Source: Pseudomonadota bacterium
GTDB lineage: Bacteria > Pseudomonadota > Gammaproteobacteria > Xanthomonadales > Rhodanobacteraceae
Assembly (NCBI GenBank): GCA_018240465.1
Contig: JAFEFS010000073.1
Location: forward strand, 6,008-70,007
Direction: 5' to 3'
Length of the DNA stretch: 64,000 nt
Below the pieces are notes generated by a model. That model worked only from the letters and a program-made list of their open reading frames with translations, was not told the origin of the DNA and did no database searches. This document shows, piece after piece, positions 54,686 to 64,000 of this stretch (position 1 is the stretch's first letter; every line of letters starts with the position of its first letter). The position numbers were made by a program, and so were the translations under genes.

Positions 54686-55326
54686 CCGACCCCCCTGACG
54701 TTCTTGATGACCTCGCCGCCCAGCTTGCGTCGCAGCGCATGAATCAGAAATTCGACGGCGTTGCTCTCGACCTCCTGTCCCCAGCCGTAGATGCGGTCCT
54801 CCAGCTCGGAGCGCGAGAGAATGGCCCCGGGCCGCACCAGCAAGGCGTGCAGCAACGCGAACTCGCGCTGGGACAGTTGCCGCGGGGGACCGCCGCCGAC
54901 GCAGGCCTCCTTGGTGGCCGGATCGAGCGACACCACGCCATTGCTGAACGCGGGCGCAGCCGTGCCGCCCTTGCGCCGCAGAACGGCGCGCATCCGGGCG
55001 AGCAGCTCGGCCATCTGGAAGGGCTTGGACACGTAGTCGTCGGCCCCGCCGTCGAGGCCGCGCAGACGATCATCCAGGCCATCGCGCGCGGTAAGGATGA
55101 GCAGGGGAACCGGGTTGTCCTTGGCGCGGATGGCGGTCAGCACCTCCAATCCATCCTTGCCGGGCAGGCCCAGATCCAGCAGTACCAGATCATAATGCTG
55201 GCAATCGAGCGTCGTAAGCGCTTTCGGCCCGTCTTTTACCCAGTCGGCGGCATAGGACGCATCCTTCAATGCGCCGTGGACGGCTTCACCGATCATGGGG
55301 TCGTCTTCGACCAGCAATACCCGCAT
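54661..55326 (-). CDS. OmpR-family response regulator (QseB-like)
   Basis: LLVEDD, LLDLGLPG, LTARD, ADDYVSKPF, winged helix NVRGVGW. Confidence 0.95.
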   Translation of the reverse strand: MRVLLVEDDPMIGEAVHGALKDASYAADWVKDGPKALTTLDCQHYDLVLLDLGLPGKDGLEVLTAIRAKDNPVPLLILTARDGLDDRLRGLDGGADDYVSKPFQMAELLARMRAVLRRKGGTAAPAFSNGVVSLDPATKEACVGGGPPRQLSQREFALLHALLVRPGAILSRSELEDRIYGWGQEVESNAVEFLIHALRRKLGGEVIKNVRGVGWMVAKGA

Positions 55327-55348
55327 TCCTCCTCCTTTCCCTCGCCGT

Positions 55349-55740
55349 TCAATGTATCGCCCTGGCAGCCCGCTGCCGGAACAGCAGGATCGCGATCGGC
55401 ATGCAGGTCGGCAGTGCGATCGATGCCGAATGGCGGCTCAGCGCCAGACCGCCCGCGCTCAGCGACTTGTCCAGAAAATCGCCGACCACGGCACGCAGTG
55501 GACGGGCCAGGATGAACGCCGTCCAGAGCAGCAACTGCGGGATACGCCGATCCCGCGGTAGATCGCCACGGCCAGGGGCGAGCAGCTCGCTGAGCACGAT
55601 GACCGCACCAGTGTAGCCCGGGCCCGTCGCATCGGCCGGCCAATCGCCGAATGCTGTACCCAAGGCCCGGGAGAACATGATCGTCAGCCATTGGAAGGTC
55701 TTCAATCCGGATCGCGTCCGTTGGGCGATCCGGACGTATC
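55349..55740 (-). pseudogene. Degenerate C-terminal remnant of a DUF347 (COG4705) membrane protein
   Basis: TFQWLTIMFSRALGTAFGDW...LLWTAFILARP...GDFLDK...GGLALSR resembles the COG4705 repeat; first repeat missing, frameshift near 55705, aberrant middle segment. Confidence 0.7.
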
Positions 55741-55752
55741 GATGGCGACCGG

Positions 55753-56088
55753 TCAGTCCTGCTCGTCGTGATCGTCATCGCGATCCACCTTGTCCACTGC
55801 GGACGAGACGACCGTGCCCTTGTCGGCATCGACCCGGACATCGACGACCCTGGCTGCGCTGACTACCTCGACGTCGTAGACCCAACCCTGCTTCGAGTTT
55901 TCGTACTCGGCGCGCGACGCTTTGCCGTTGGCGTACTGTTCGGCAACGGTGACGGCCTGAGTGAGCGGAATCTTGGCCGTGGCAATCGCTGGGGCGTCGT
56001 TCTCCGCGCCGCTCTTGTCGGCGTGGGCGACTGCGCCGGTTGCCGCAATGGCGATCGCCAGGAGGAAAGACTTGGTGTTGAGGTACAT
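55753..56088 (-). CDS. PepSY domain protein
   Basis: Signal peptide; IPLTQAVTVAEQ...VYDVEVV...VRVDADKGTVV; acidic tail; ATG 56088. Confidence 0.88.
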   Translation of the reverse strand: MYLNTKSFLLAIAIAATGAVAHADKSGAENDAPAIATAKIPLTQAVTVAEQYANGKASRAEYENSKQGWVYDVEVVSAARVVDVRVDADKGTVVSSAVDKVDRDDDHDEQD

Positions 56089-56142
56089 GACGTTTCTCCG
56101 AGCGTGCAGGGATTTGCACGAAGGAGAGATTACGCAGGCAAA

Positions 56143-56158
56143 CTTAGCTGCCACTGAG
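56143..56158 (-). promoter_or_regulatory. Possible OmpR/QseB-type direct-repeat box upstream of PepSY gene
   Basis: CTTAG-N6-CTGAG (11-bp period), with CGTAAT -10-like downstream on minus strand. Confidence 0.3.
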
Positions 56159-56288
56159 CCAGGCGAGGTTTCGGTTCGCTCCGGCGCAGTGCGAGCGACT
56201 CAAGGAAATCGGCGTGGTCGTCTGTCGAAAATGACGTCGGGCGTCGAGTTCGCGGTTAGAATCGGCGCGACCCTTGCGTGGAGCCGCC

Positions 56289-57056
56289 GTGACCCGATCC
56301 GCCATCGCCTTCGTCGCCAGCCGCACCGAAGAAGCGCAGGATGCGCTCGCGCAGATACGCGCGCGGTACGCGGAAGTGCCGTACGAAGAGGCCGACGTGA
56401 TCGTCGCACTCGGCGGCGACGGCTTCATGCTGCGCACGCTGCACCGTCATCTCGCATTGAACAAGCCGGTGTACGGGATGAAGCTCGGCACGGTCGGGTT
56501 CCTGATGAACCAGTTTCGCATCGACTGCCTGGGCGAGCGCCTCGAGCGCGCGCAGGCGACCGTGCTCAAGCCGCTGGTGATGGAGGCGGTCGGAGAATCC
56601 GGTGGCAGCACGACTTCACTCGCGTTCAACGAGGTTTCGCTGTTGCGCCAGACCAAGCAGGCCGCGCACATCCGCGTCTCGCTCAACGGCACGGTCAAGA
56701 TCGACGAGCTGATGTGCGACGGCGTGCTCGTCTCGACCACGGCCGGCTCGACCGCCTACAACCTGTCCGCGCACGGTCCGATCCTGCCGCTCGGCGCCGA
56801 CGTGCTCGCGCTGACCCCGATCAGCCCGTTCCGTCCGCGGCGCTGGCGTGGCGCGATCCTGCGCGCGGGCACCGAGGTCAAGCTCGAGGTGCTCGACCCG
56901 TACAAGCGCCCGGTCAGCGCGACCGCCGATTCGAACGAAGTACGCGACGTGGTCGAGGTGACGGTGCGCGAATCGCGCGACCGTACCGTGCAGCTCCTGT
57001 TCGATCCGGAACACAACCTCGAAGACCGCATCCTCAACGAACAGTTTGCGTATTGA
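56289..57056 (+). CDS. nadK: NAD kinase
   Basis: [43 protein letters not shown]; GTG 56289. Confidence 0.95.
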   Translation: MTRSAIAFVASRTEEAQDALAQIRARYAEVPYEEADVIVALGGDGFMLRTLHRHLALNKPVYGMKLGTVGFLMNQFRIDCLGERLERAQATVLKPLVMEAVGESGGSTTSLAFNEVSLLRQTKQAAHIRVSLNGTVKIDELMCDGVLVSTTAGSTAYNLSAHGPILPLGADVLALTPISPFRPRRWRGAILRAGTEVKLEVLDPYKRPVSATADSNEVRDVVEVTVRESRDRTVQLLFDPEHNLEDRILNEQFAY

Positions 57057-57074
57057 AGGCGGCGCGACTGCGCT

Positions 57075-58064
57075 TCAGGCGGCGGCGAGTGCGCCGCGGA
57101 TTTCCGCGTCGACCGAATCCATCAGCGCGTAGCGACGCCGGTATTGCGCGCGTTTCTGGCTCGGGATGTCGGCGAGGTCCCGGTGCGCCGTGGCGAGGCC
57201 GAGCTCGAACACGCGTGCGTCGAGCGCCCCCGCGCCGTGGTCGCGCCAGATCGCATCGTAGCTGAGGCGGATGCGGCCCTTGCCGCGTTTGTAGCGCAGC
57301 GCGTGGCCGGCATCGGCGACCGCGAGCAGGCGCGTGGCACCGACGCTGCCCGCGACGGCGCGCGCGGCGTGCACGAGCAGCGAGAATGGCCGCAGGCCTA
57401 GCATCGCCTTGGTCGCCCGGCGGAAGGCATCCTGGCCGTCGTCGCCGTGCAGCCCCTGGATGCCGCCGATCAGCAACGCGCGCTGGTGCGCGCGCAGGGA
57501 AGGGGAAAATTCGGCGGCGTCGCCAAGAATGAAGGTGGTCGACGCGATCGGCGCGGAATCCTCGAACAGGCCGATCGAGATTTCGCCTTCCTGCCAACAG
57601 TGCGGCAAGTGCAGCAGGCGCAGTTCGTAGCGGCCGGGCGGAGTTTCGATCGCGGCCAGGCGCAAACCCGCCGGCGAATAGATCGCTGCGACGAGCGGGC
57701 GCGGAACGCGACGCAGGAACGCATCGAAATGTCCGCTGGCGAGGCCGAGGCGGGCGGCCGTGTCGCAGCCGTCGAGCGCGTAGCGATGCTGGATTTTCGC
57801 CGCGAGCAGCGGCTGGCGCGCGAGCATCGGCCGCAAAGCGGGCGCCTCGAGCAGGCGCAGCCAGGCGTCGTGCAGACGGTACCGGGCCAGCGCACGCAGC
57901 AGGAAGCGCGCGCGCTTGAGCAGGGGCTTGCGCTTGCCGGCATAGGTGCGGCGGGCGAATTCGAGCAGCGAGGCGCGCTCCTGCGAGCGCGGCGGATCGA
58001 TCAGGCGCAGTGTCGGCCAGGCCGATGCGGAAGGCAGGACGGGCGCTTCGAATTCGATGGTCAT
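57075..58064 (-). CDS. VirK/YbjX (DUF535) family protein
   Basis: KIQHRY, EGEISIGL, LLIGGIQG, ATKAMLGLRP, SYDAIW, KRAQYRRRY; ATG 58064. Confidence 0.85.
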   Translation of the reverse strand: MTIEFEAPVLPSASAWPTLRLIDPPRSQERASLLEFARRTYAGKRKPLLKRARFLLRALARYRLHDAWLRLLEAPALRPMLARQPLLAAKIQHRYALDGCDTAARLGLASGHFDAFLRRVPRPLVAAIYSPAGLRLAAIETPPGRYELRLLHLPHCWQEGEISIGLFEDSAPIASTTFILGDAAEFSPSLRAHQRALLIGGIQGLHGDDGQDAFRRATKAMLGLRPFSLLVHAARAVAGSVGATRLLAVADAGHALRYKRGKGRIRLSYDAIWRDHGAGALDARVFELGLATAHRDLADIPSQKRAQYRRRYALMDSVDAEIRGALAAA

Positions 58065-58276
58065 CGGTAGATACGATGCACACGCGACACCGGCACCCCG
58101 GGCGGCCGGGGCCGGCAGCGTGCGCTGCAGACGTTTCTGGATTCCGCCCGTCGCGCAGGATACGCGACAGTTACAAAAAAATACACTTGGGGAGAAACTG
58201 GAACAAAACTTTACTTTTCCCGCCGTGCTCAGGTGCGGATCTGCCAACGATCGGTCGGCTCCTGGCATGGGGTAAC

Positions 58277-59194
58277 ATGCCACCCATGCCCGAAAACGAA
58301 GCCGCCGACCGTCTGATCGTCGCGATCACTTCGCGCGCGCTGTTCGACATGGCCGAAAGCCACGCGTTGTTCGAGCAGGCGGGCCTCGAGGCGTTTCATA
58401 GGTTCCAGCGCGAACGCGAGAACGACGCGCTGGTGCCCGGCATCGCTTTTCCGCTTGTGCAGAAACTGCTCAGGCTGAACCCGCCGAAACCCGAACCGCC
58501 GCGCGTCGAAGTCATCCTGCTTTCGCGCAACTCGACCGACACGGGTCTGCGCATCTTCAATTCGATCGAGCATTACGGCCTCGACATCGCGCGTGCCGCG
58601 TTCACCTCGGGCGCGGCGGTATGGCCTTATGTGCGTTCGTTCGGTGCGCAATTGTTCCTGTCGGCCAACCCGGAAAGCGTGAAAAGTTCGCTCGATGCCG
58701 GCATTGCTGCCGCAACGATCCTGCCGTCGAAGGCGCCGGCCGCATCCTCGGATCAGTTGCGCATCGCCTTCGACGGCGATGCGGTCATCTTCGGCGACGA
58801 GGGTGAGCGCGTATCGCAGGAGCACGGTATCGAGGCATTCCATCGGCACGAGGTAGAGCGTGTCGACCAGCCCCTGTCCGGCGGGCCTTTCCGCGGTTTC
58901 CTCGCCGCACTGCATCGTTTGCAGGAGGCGTTCCCCGAGGAGAACTCGCCGATCCGCACCGCGCTTGTCACCGCGCGTTCCGCGCCCGCGCACAAGCGCG
59001 TGATCCTGACCCTGCGCCACTGGGGCGTGCGTCTCGACGAGGCACTGTTCCTCGGCGGCCGCGACAAGGGGCCGTTCCTGGAAACCTTCGGCGCCGACAT
59101 TTTCTTTGACGACTCCGCGCACAACGTCGAGTCCGCGCGCCGCCATGTCGCCACGGGACACGTGCCGCACGGCGTGTCGAACGAGAAGCGCTGA
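58277..59194 (+). CDS. 5'-nucleotidase (cN-I-like family)
   Basis: VAITSRALFD, LRIAFDGDAVIF, LVTARSAPAH, DIFFDD; start 58277 or 58286. Confidence 0.9.
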   Translation: MPPMPENEAADRLIVAITSRALFDMAESHALFEQAGLEAFHRFQRERENDALVPGIAFPLVQKLLRLNPPKPEPPRVEVILLSRNSTDTGLRIFNSIEHYGLDIARAAFTSGAAVWPYVRSFGAQLFLSANPESVKSSLDAGIAAATILPSKAPAASSDQLRIAFDGDAVIFGDEGERVSQEHGIEAFHRHEVERVDQPLSGGPFRGFLAALHRLQEAFPEENSPIRTALVTARSAPAHKRVILTLRHWGVRLDEALFLGGRDKGPFLETFGADIFFDDSAHNVESARRHVATGHVPHGVSNEKR

Positions 59195-59327
59195 GCACGG
59201 TTGCTGCCTTGCCGCGCCGCTGGAGGGCGGGCGTGCGACGCGCGCCCTGCGGCATGACTTCGTGCAAAGGGCAGGCCGGCGGAAAGGCCCGGCCGATCCG
59301 GCGCGTCGCAGACGCTGCGACGAAATG

Positions 59328-59361
59328 TGGTATTCTTGATTTTCGTTCGGAAATCAAGAAT
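59328..59361 (+). promoter_or_regulatory. Extended -10 promoter overlapped by a perfect 11-bp inverted repeat (candidate operator)
   Basis: TGG-TATTCT (59328-59336); ATTCTTGATTT-N8-AAATCAAGAAT (59332-59361), ending 4 nt before the ATG. Confidence 0.75.
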
Positions 59362-59365
59362 TGCG

Positions 59366-59947
59366 ATGAAGCAGCTTCCATCCCATGGCGGAGCCCGGCC
59401 CGGCGCCGGGCGCAAGCCCGGTTCGAACCGCTACGGCGAGCCGACGACTCCGGTTCGCGTTCCGCAAAGCCGCCTCGCCGCCGTCCGCTTCTATCTCGAC
59501 GAATGCGCGGCCGGAAAGCGGATGCGCCTTTCCGCTGCCGCCAACGACGCGTTCGCTCCGCCATTCCTGAACCTTCCTCTGATCGGCCGCGTCGCCGCCG
59601 GCCAACCCATCGGTGCCGATGCGCAGGTCGAACGCGAGATCGCGATCGATCGCCACCTGTTCCGTCCGCGTCCGGATTTCCTCCTGCGCGTCGAGGGCAT
59701 GAGCATGCGCGACGCCGGCATCCTCGATCGCGACCTGATCGCGGTGCATCGCACGCCCGAGGCACGCAACGGCCAGATCGTCATCGCGCGCATCGACGGC
59801 GAGATCACCGTCAAGGAATTCCGGCGCACGCGCTCGCGCATCACGCTGCTGCCGGCCAATCCCGACTTTGCGCCGATCGAGGTCGATCCGCAGGCAGATG
59901 ACTTCGCGATCGAAGGCCTTTACGTCGGCGTGATCCGCCTGCCGTAG
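59366..59947 (+). CDS. lexA: LexA-like S24 peptidase/repressor with non-canonical (UmuDAb-like) N-terminal domain
   Basis: C-domain GRVAAGQP (Ala-Gly site), RVEGMSM (Ser), TVK (Lys); N-domain [27 protein letters not shown] instead of a winged helix. Confidence 0.85.
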   Translation: MKQLPSHGGARPGAGRKPGSNRYGEPTTPVRVPQSRLAAVRFYLDECAAGKRMRLSAAANDAFAPPFLNLPLIGRVAAGQPIGADAQVEREIAIDRHLFRPRPDFLLRVEGMSMRDAGILDRDLIAVHRTPEARNGQIVIARIDGEITVKEFRRTRSRITLLPANPDFAPIEVDPQADDFAIEGLYVGVIRLP

Positions 59948-59956
59948 ACATTGCGC

Positions 59957-60595
59957 ATGAGCGTCCTGGCCGCCATCCCCGATTCCGCGATCGATGCGGT
60001 GCTGCGTGATCCGCGCGTCTGGCGTGGCGCGGCGAACGAGCACGAGGTCGCGTGCGTGCCATCCGGACATGCCGCGCTCGATGCAATCCTGCCGCATCGC
60101 GGCTGGACCCAGGGCGCTATGACCGAGATCCTGTTCGACGCGGATGGCACCGGCGAGCTTGCGCTCGTCCTGCCGGCGCTGGCACGACTGACCGGGCAAA
60201 AGCGCCACGTCGTTCTCGTCGCGCCGCCCTACCTGCCGTATGCGCCAGCCTTGTTCGTCAGCGGCATCGACCTTGGCTACCTGCATTGCGTGGAGGCGAG
60301 CGCGGATGCCCAGGCGTCGTGGGCCGCCGAACAATGCCTGCGCTCGGGCGTCTGCGCGGCGGTGCTGTGCTGGCCGCGCCAGGCGACGGATCGCACGCTG
60401 CGCCGCCTGCAGGTCGCGGCCGAATTCGGCAACGCGCTCGGCTTTGCCTTCCGTCCCGCGCGTGCTGCGGCGAACCCTTCGCCTGCACCGACGCGCATCC
60501 GCCTGCAGGCGGGCGAGGGCACGCATCTGCGCATCCTCAAATGTCGTGGCGCCAATCCGCCCGCGCGTTCGATCCCGTTGCGGCAGGCCGGGTAG
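59957..60595 (+). CDS. imuA: Translesion synthesis protein ImuA
   Basis: SGHAALDAILPHRGW...TEIL, GELALVLPAL, WAAEQCLRSG, LRRLQVAA, LKCRG. Confidence 0.93.
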   Translation: MSVLAAIPDSAIDAVLRDPRVWRGAANEHEVACVPSGHAALDAILPHRGWTQGAMTEILFDADGTGELALVLPALARLTGQKRHVVLVAPPYLPYAPALFVSGIDLGYLHCVEASADAQASWAAEQCLRSGVCAAVLCWPRQATDRTLRRLQVAAEFGNALGFAFRPARAAANPSPAPTRIRLQAGEGTHLRILKCRGANPPARSIPLRQAG

Positions 60596-60604
60596 GGGAT
60601 ACCG

Positions 60605-62047
60605 ATGCTTTGGGCGGCCTTGCTGTTGCCACGTCTCGGACTCGATGCGCTCGCGCGCAGCGTGCCGGATGCGGATGCGCGCATGCAGCAGCTCGCGTTG
60701 GTCTCGCGCGACCAGGCATGTCCGCTGATCGTCGATGCGATGCCGCGCGTGCGTGAAGCCGGCGTGCGCCGCGGGCAGACTCTGGCCGCGGCGCAGGCGC
60801 TGTTTCCAGCACTGAAAACCGCAGTACGCGATCCCGCGCAGGAATGCCGGCTGCGCGAACTGCTCGCCGGCTGGGCCTACGGTTACAGCTCGCAGGTGAG
60901 CTTGCGCGAGGACGATGCGATCCTGATCGAGGTCGGCGGCAGTTTTTCGCTGTTCGGCCCGTGGCCGCGGCTGGAGCGGCGCTGGCGCGAGGAGCTGAAC
61001 GCTCTCGGCATCACGCATCGGCTCGCCGTTGCGCCGACCGCGCTTGGCGCGCTCGCGCTCGCACGCGCGCAGGATGGTGCGCTCGTCGGCAACGCGGCAA
61101 CGCTGCGCCAGGCACTGGATGCATTGCCGATCGGGCATGCACGCCTCGACCCGCTCGTGGTCGAGGCGCTGCGCGGCATGGGCCTCTCGCGCCTGCGCGA
61201 AGTCTACGCATTGCCGCGCGCCGGCTTGATCCGCCGTTTCGGCGCCGCGCTTGCCGAGCATCTCGACCGCCTGCGCGGCGCGGCGCCGGATCCGTTGCCG
61301 CTGTATCGCCCGCCCGACCGTTTCCACGCACGCATGGAATTCGATCACGAGATCGAGTCGAGCGAAACGTTGCGTTTTCCGCTGCATCGTCTGGTCGGCG
61401 ATCTTTGCGCCTTCCTGACCAGCCGTGACGGCGGCGTGCAACAACTCGCGATCGTGCTCGAACACGACCCGCTGCAGTTCAGGCAGCGCGCGCCGACGCG
61501 GCTGGCGATCGGCCTGCAGTCGCCGCAGCGCGACGCGCGCACGATCTTCGAACTTTGCCTGCTGCGCCTGCAGGCAAGCCCGGTTCCCGCGCCGGTGCGC
61601 GCGCTCGGCGTGCAGGCCGAGAACCTGCCGCCGTTCGTACCGCTGGCGCGCGACCTGTTCGACGAAGCGCGCGGCGCGCAATTGGACTGGCCGCAACTGG
61701 CCGACCGGCTGCACAACCGGCTCGGCGCCGATGCGGTGTACGCGCTCGCGGTGGCCGACGATCCGCGTCCCGAACATGCCTGGCGCAAACGCTCAATCGC
61801 GCCAGCCGCAGCCCCCGTGCGCCGGCCCGGACCACGCCCGGGCTGGCTGCTGCGCCGACCGCTGCCGTTGCGCGGTGAGCCGAAGCGCATCCTCGCCGGC
61901 CCCGAGCGCATCGAAGCGGGTTGGTGGGACGGAGGTGACCTGCGCCGCGACTACTACGTGATCGAAACGCAGCAAGGCCAGCGCGCCTGGGCATTTCGCG
62001 GCATCGGCGGCGAAGCGCCGTGGCTGCTGCACGGATGGTTCGCGTGA
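60605..62047 (+). CDS. imuB: Y-family polymerase-like ImuB
   Basis: Between imuA and dnaE2; IEVGGSFSLFG, AVAPT, C-terminal GPERIEAGWWDG...RDYY. Confidence 0.93.
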   Translation: MLWAALLLPRLGLDALARSVPDADARMQQLALVSRDQACPLIVDAMPRVREAGVRRGQTLAAAQALFPALKTAVRDPAQECRLRELLAGWAYGYSSQVSLREDDAILIEVGGSFSLFGPWPRLERRWREELNALGITHRLAVAPTALGALALARAQDGALVGNAATLRQALDALPIGHARLDPLVVEALRGMGLSRLREVYALPRAGLIRRFGAALAEHLDRLRGAAPDPLPLYRPPDRFHARMEFDHEIESSETLRFPLHRLVGDLCAFLTSRDGGVQQLAIVLEHDPLQFRQRAPTRLAIGLQSPQRDARTIFELCLLRLQASPVPAPVRALGVQAENLPPFVPLARDLFDEARGAQLDWPQLADRLHNRLGADAVYALAVADDPRPEHAWRKRSIAPAAAPVRRPGPRPGWLLRRPLPLRGEPKRILAGPERIEAGWWDGGDLRRDYYVIETQQGQRAWAFRGIGGEAPWLLHGWFA

Positions 62048-62059
62048 GATTCCGCCGGC

Positions 62060-64000
62060 ATGAATACCGCGCCCGAATACGCCGAGCTGCATTGCCTGTC
62101 GAATTTCTCGTTCCAACGCGGCGCCTCGACCGCGCTGGAACTGTTCGAGCGCGCGGCTAAGCTCGGCTACCGCGCGCTCGCGATCAGCGACGAATGCAGT
62201 CTCGCCGGCATCGTGCGCGCGCTGGAAGCGTCGCGCGAAACCGGAGTCGCACTGATCGTCGGCAGCGAGATCCATCTCGACGATGGCCTCAAGCTCGTCC
62301 TGCTTGCGCCGAATTTCGCCGCCTACCAGTCGCTCTGCGCGCTGATCACGCGGGGGCGGCGCGAGGCGAAGAAGGGCGGATATGCGTTGCGCCGTGCGGA
62401 TGTCGCCGCGCATGCGCATGGCCTGCTCGCCCTGTGGATTCCCGGCGAAACCCCGGCACCGGATGATGCAGAGTGGATAAAACGGCATTTTCCACAACGT
62501 GCCTGGCTGGCGGTCGAACTGCATTGTGGCGCGGACGACGCCGCGCGCCTGCGCCAGCTGCTCGACTTTGCCGCCCGTCACGAATTGCCCGCCGTCGCCG
62601 CGGGCGACGTGCACATGCACGTGCGCCGCCGGCGTGCGTTGCAGGACATGCTGACCGCGATCCGCCACCACACGACGCTGCGCGCCGGCAGCGGCCACCT
62701 GTTCGCGAACGGCGAACGCCACCTGCGCCGGCGCGAGGCGCTGGCCGAACTTTATCCACGCGAGCTGCTCGCGGAAACACTGCGCATCGCGGCGCGCTGC
62801 ACGTTCGACCTGAAGCGCGATTTGAAGTATGCGTATCCGGGCGAGATCGTGCCGCGCGGGCATACGCCGACAACCTGGCTGCGGGATCTGGTCGAACAGG
62901 GCATCCGCTGGCGCTGGCCCGAAGGCGAAGGCGCCGCCGCGCGCGCGCAGATCGAGATGGAACTCGCGTTGATCGCCAAGCTCGGATACGAGTCGTACTT
63001 TCTCACTGTCAGCGACATCGTGAACTTTGCGCGCGGCAAAGGAATTCTCTGCCAGGGGCGTGGATCGGCGGCCAATTCCGCGGTGTGCTTTTGCCTCGGC
63101 ATCACCGCGGTCGATCCGCAGCGCTCGAAGCTGGTTTTCGGCCGTTTTTTGTCGGAGGAACGCGGCGAGCCGCCCGATATCGACGTCGACTTCGAGCATG
63201 AACGGCGCGAGGAGGTCATTCAATACATCTACGCCAAGTACGGCCGCGACCGCGCAGCGCTGGCGGCAACGGTGATCAGCTACCGGACCCGGAGCGCACT
63301 GCGCGACGTCGCCCGCGCGCTCGGATTCTCCGCCGATCAGGTCGCCCAACTGAGCCGCTCGATCTCGGTACACGACGACGGGGAGACCATGGCCGCACAC
63401 CTGGCCGAGGCTGGCTTCGACCCGGCCGCGCCGATGCTGCGGCGAGCGCTCGTGCTTGCGCGCGAACTGCACGGATTTCCGCGCCACCTTTCCCAGCATG
63501 TCGGCGGCTTCGTCATCTGCGATGCGCCTTTGCACACGCTCGTGCCGGTCGAGAACGCGGCAATGGCCGGGCGCACGATCATCCAGTGGGACAAGGACGA
63601 CCTCGACACGATGGGCCTGCTCAAGGTCGACTGTCTCGCGCTGGGCATGTTGACCTGCATCCGCAAATGCCTCGATCTGCTGCGTGCGCATCGTGGCCGC
63701 GATCTGACGATGGCCACGATTCCGAAGGAAGACGCCGCCACCTACGCGATGATCCAGCGCGCCGACACGGTCGGCGTGTTCCAGATCGAGTCGCGTGCGC
63801 AGATGGCGATGCTGCCGCGATTGAGGCCGAAGGAGTTCTACGACCTGGTCATCGAGGTCGCGATCGTGCGGCCCGGGCCGATTCAGGGCGACATGGTTCA
63901 TCCGTACCTGCGCCGGCGACAGGGCAAGGAAGCGGTGAGTTATCCGTCGCCCGAGATCCGCGGCGTGCTGGAACGCACGCTCGGCGTGCCGCTGTTCCAG
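62060..64000 (+). CDS. dnaE2: Error-prone DNA polymerase III alpha DnaE2/ImuC (3' partial)
   Basis: [60 protein letters not shown]; open to window end. Confidence 0.96.
   Translation, partial: MNTAPEYAELHCLSNFSFQRGASTALELFERAAKLGYRALAISDECSLAGIVRALEASRETGVALIVGSEIHLDDGLKLVLLAPNFAAYQSLCALITRGRREAKKGGYALRRADVAAHAHGLLALWIPGETPAPDDAEWIKRHFPQRAWLAVELHCGADDAARLRQLLDFAARHELPAVAAGDVHMHVRRRRALQDMLTAIRHHTTLRAGSGHLFANGERHLRRREALAELYPRELLAETLRIAARCTFDLKRDLKYAYPGEIVPRGHTPTTWLRDLVEQGIRWRWPEGEGAAARAQIEMELALIAKLGYESYFLTVSDIVNFARGKGILCQGRGSAANSAVCFCLGITAVDPQRSKLVFGRFLSEERGEPPDIDVDFEHERREEVIQYIYAKYGRDRAALAATVISYRTRSALRDVARALGFSADQVAQLSRSISVHDDGETMAAHLAEAGFDPAAPMLRRALVLARELHGFPRHLSQHVGGFVICDAPLHTLVPVENAAMAGRTIIQWDKDDLDTMGLLKVDCLALGMLTCIRKCLDLLRAHRGRDLTMATIPKEDAATYAMIQRADTVGVFQIESRAQMAMLPRLRPKEFYDLVIEVAIVRPGPIQGDMVHPYLRRRQGKEAVSYPSPEIRGVLERTLGVPLFQ

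Noticed and set aside
59195-59365. Canonical LexA1 or LexA2 SOS box upstream of the mutagenesis cassette
   Set aside because: Neither CTGT-N8-ACAG nor GTAC-N4-GTGC is present in this interval.

Overview
GC-rich chromosomal window, most consistent with a Xanthomonadales/Rhodanobacteraceae-type gammaproteobacterium (inferred from gene content: split metH, class III phaEC, nuo-tRNAMet-rimP synteny). Core genes: nuoF(partial)-nuoN, tRNA-Met(CAT), rimP-nusA-infB-[inserted esterase]-rbfA-truB, rpsO-pnp. These are followed by a PHA locus (phaE-phaC, putative phasin), small accessory genes, an ECF sigma/zinc anti-sigma pair whose sigma is in one reading frame with an M15B D,D-carboxypeptidase, a TPR lipoprotein, and an ArsR-methyltransferase regulator with split methionine synthase. 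Further on are an acyl-CoA dehydrogenase, the large NAD-glutamate dehydrogenase, an AT-rich cassette (S8 protease plus secreted protein) flanked by repeats, a TolC/ABC/HlyD exporter, a two-component system with a decayed DUF347 gene and PepSY, NAD kinase, VirK-like, 5'-nucleotidase, and a lexA-like/imuA/imuB/dnaE2 mutagenesis cassette. Best candidate for an undescribed system: the LexA-like gene heading imuA-imuB-dnaE2 has a LexA peptidase domain, but its winged helix is replaced by an Acinetobacter UmuDAb-like N-terminus. A perfect 11-bp inverted repeat overlaps its promoter, and no canonical SOS box is present. Other notable items: a heptamer repeat that could phase-vary a secreted hydrolase, the peptidase-sigma in-frame fusion, PhaE low-complexity extensions, and a GTCAT-type palindromic repeat family at five intra-operon junctions. 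No CRISPR array, rRNA, integrase or transposase was seen. All family assignments are by eye from motifs; no searches were run.
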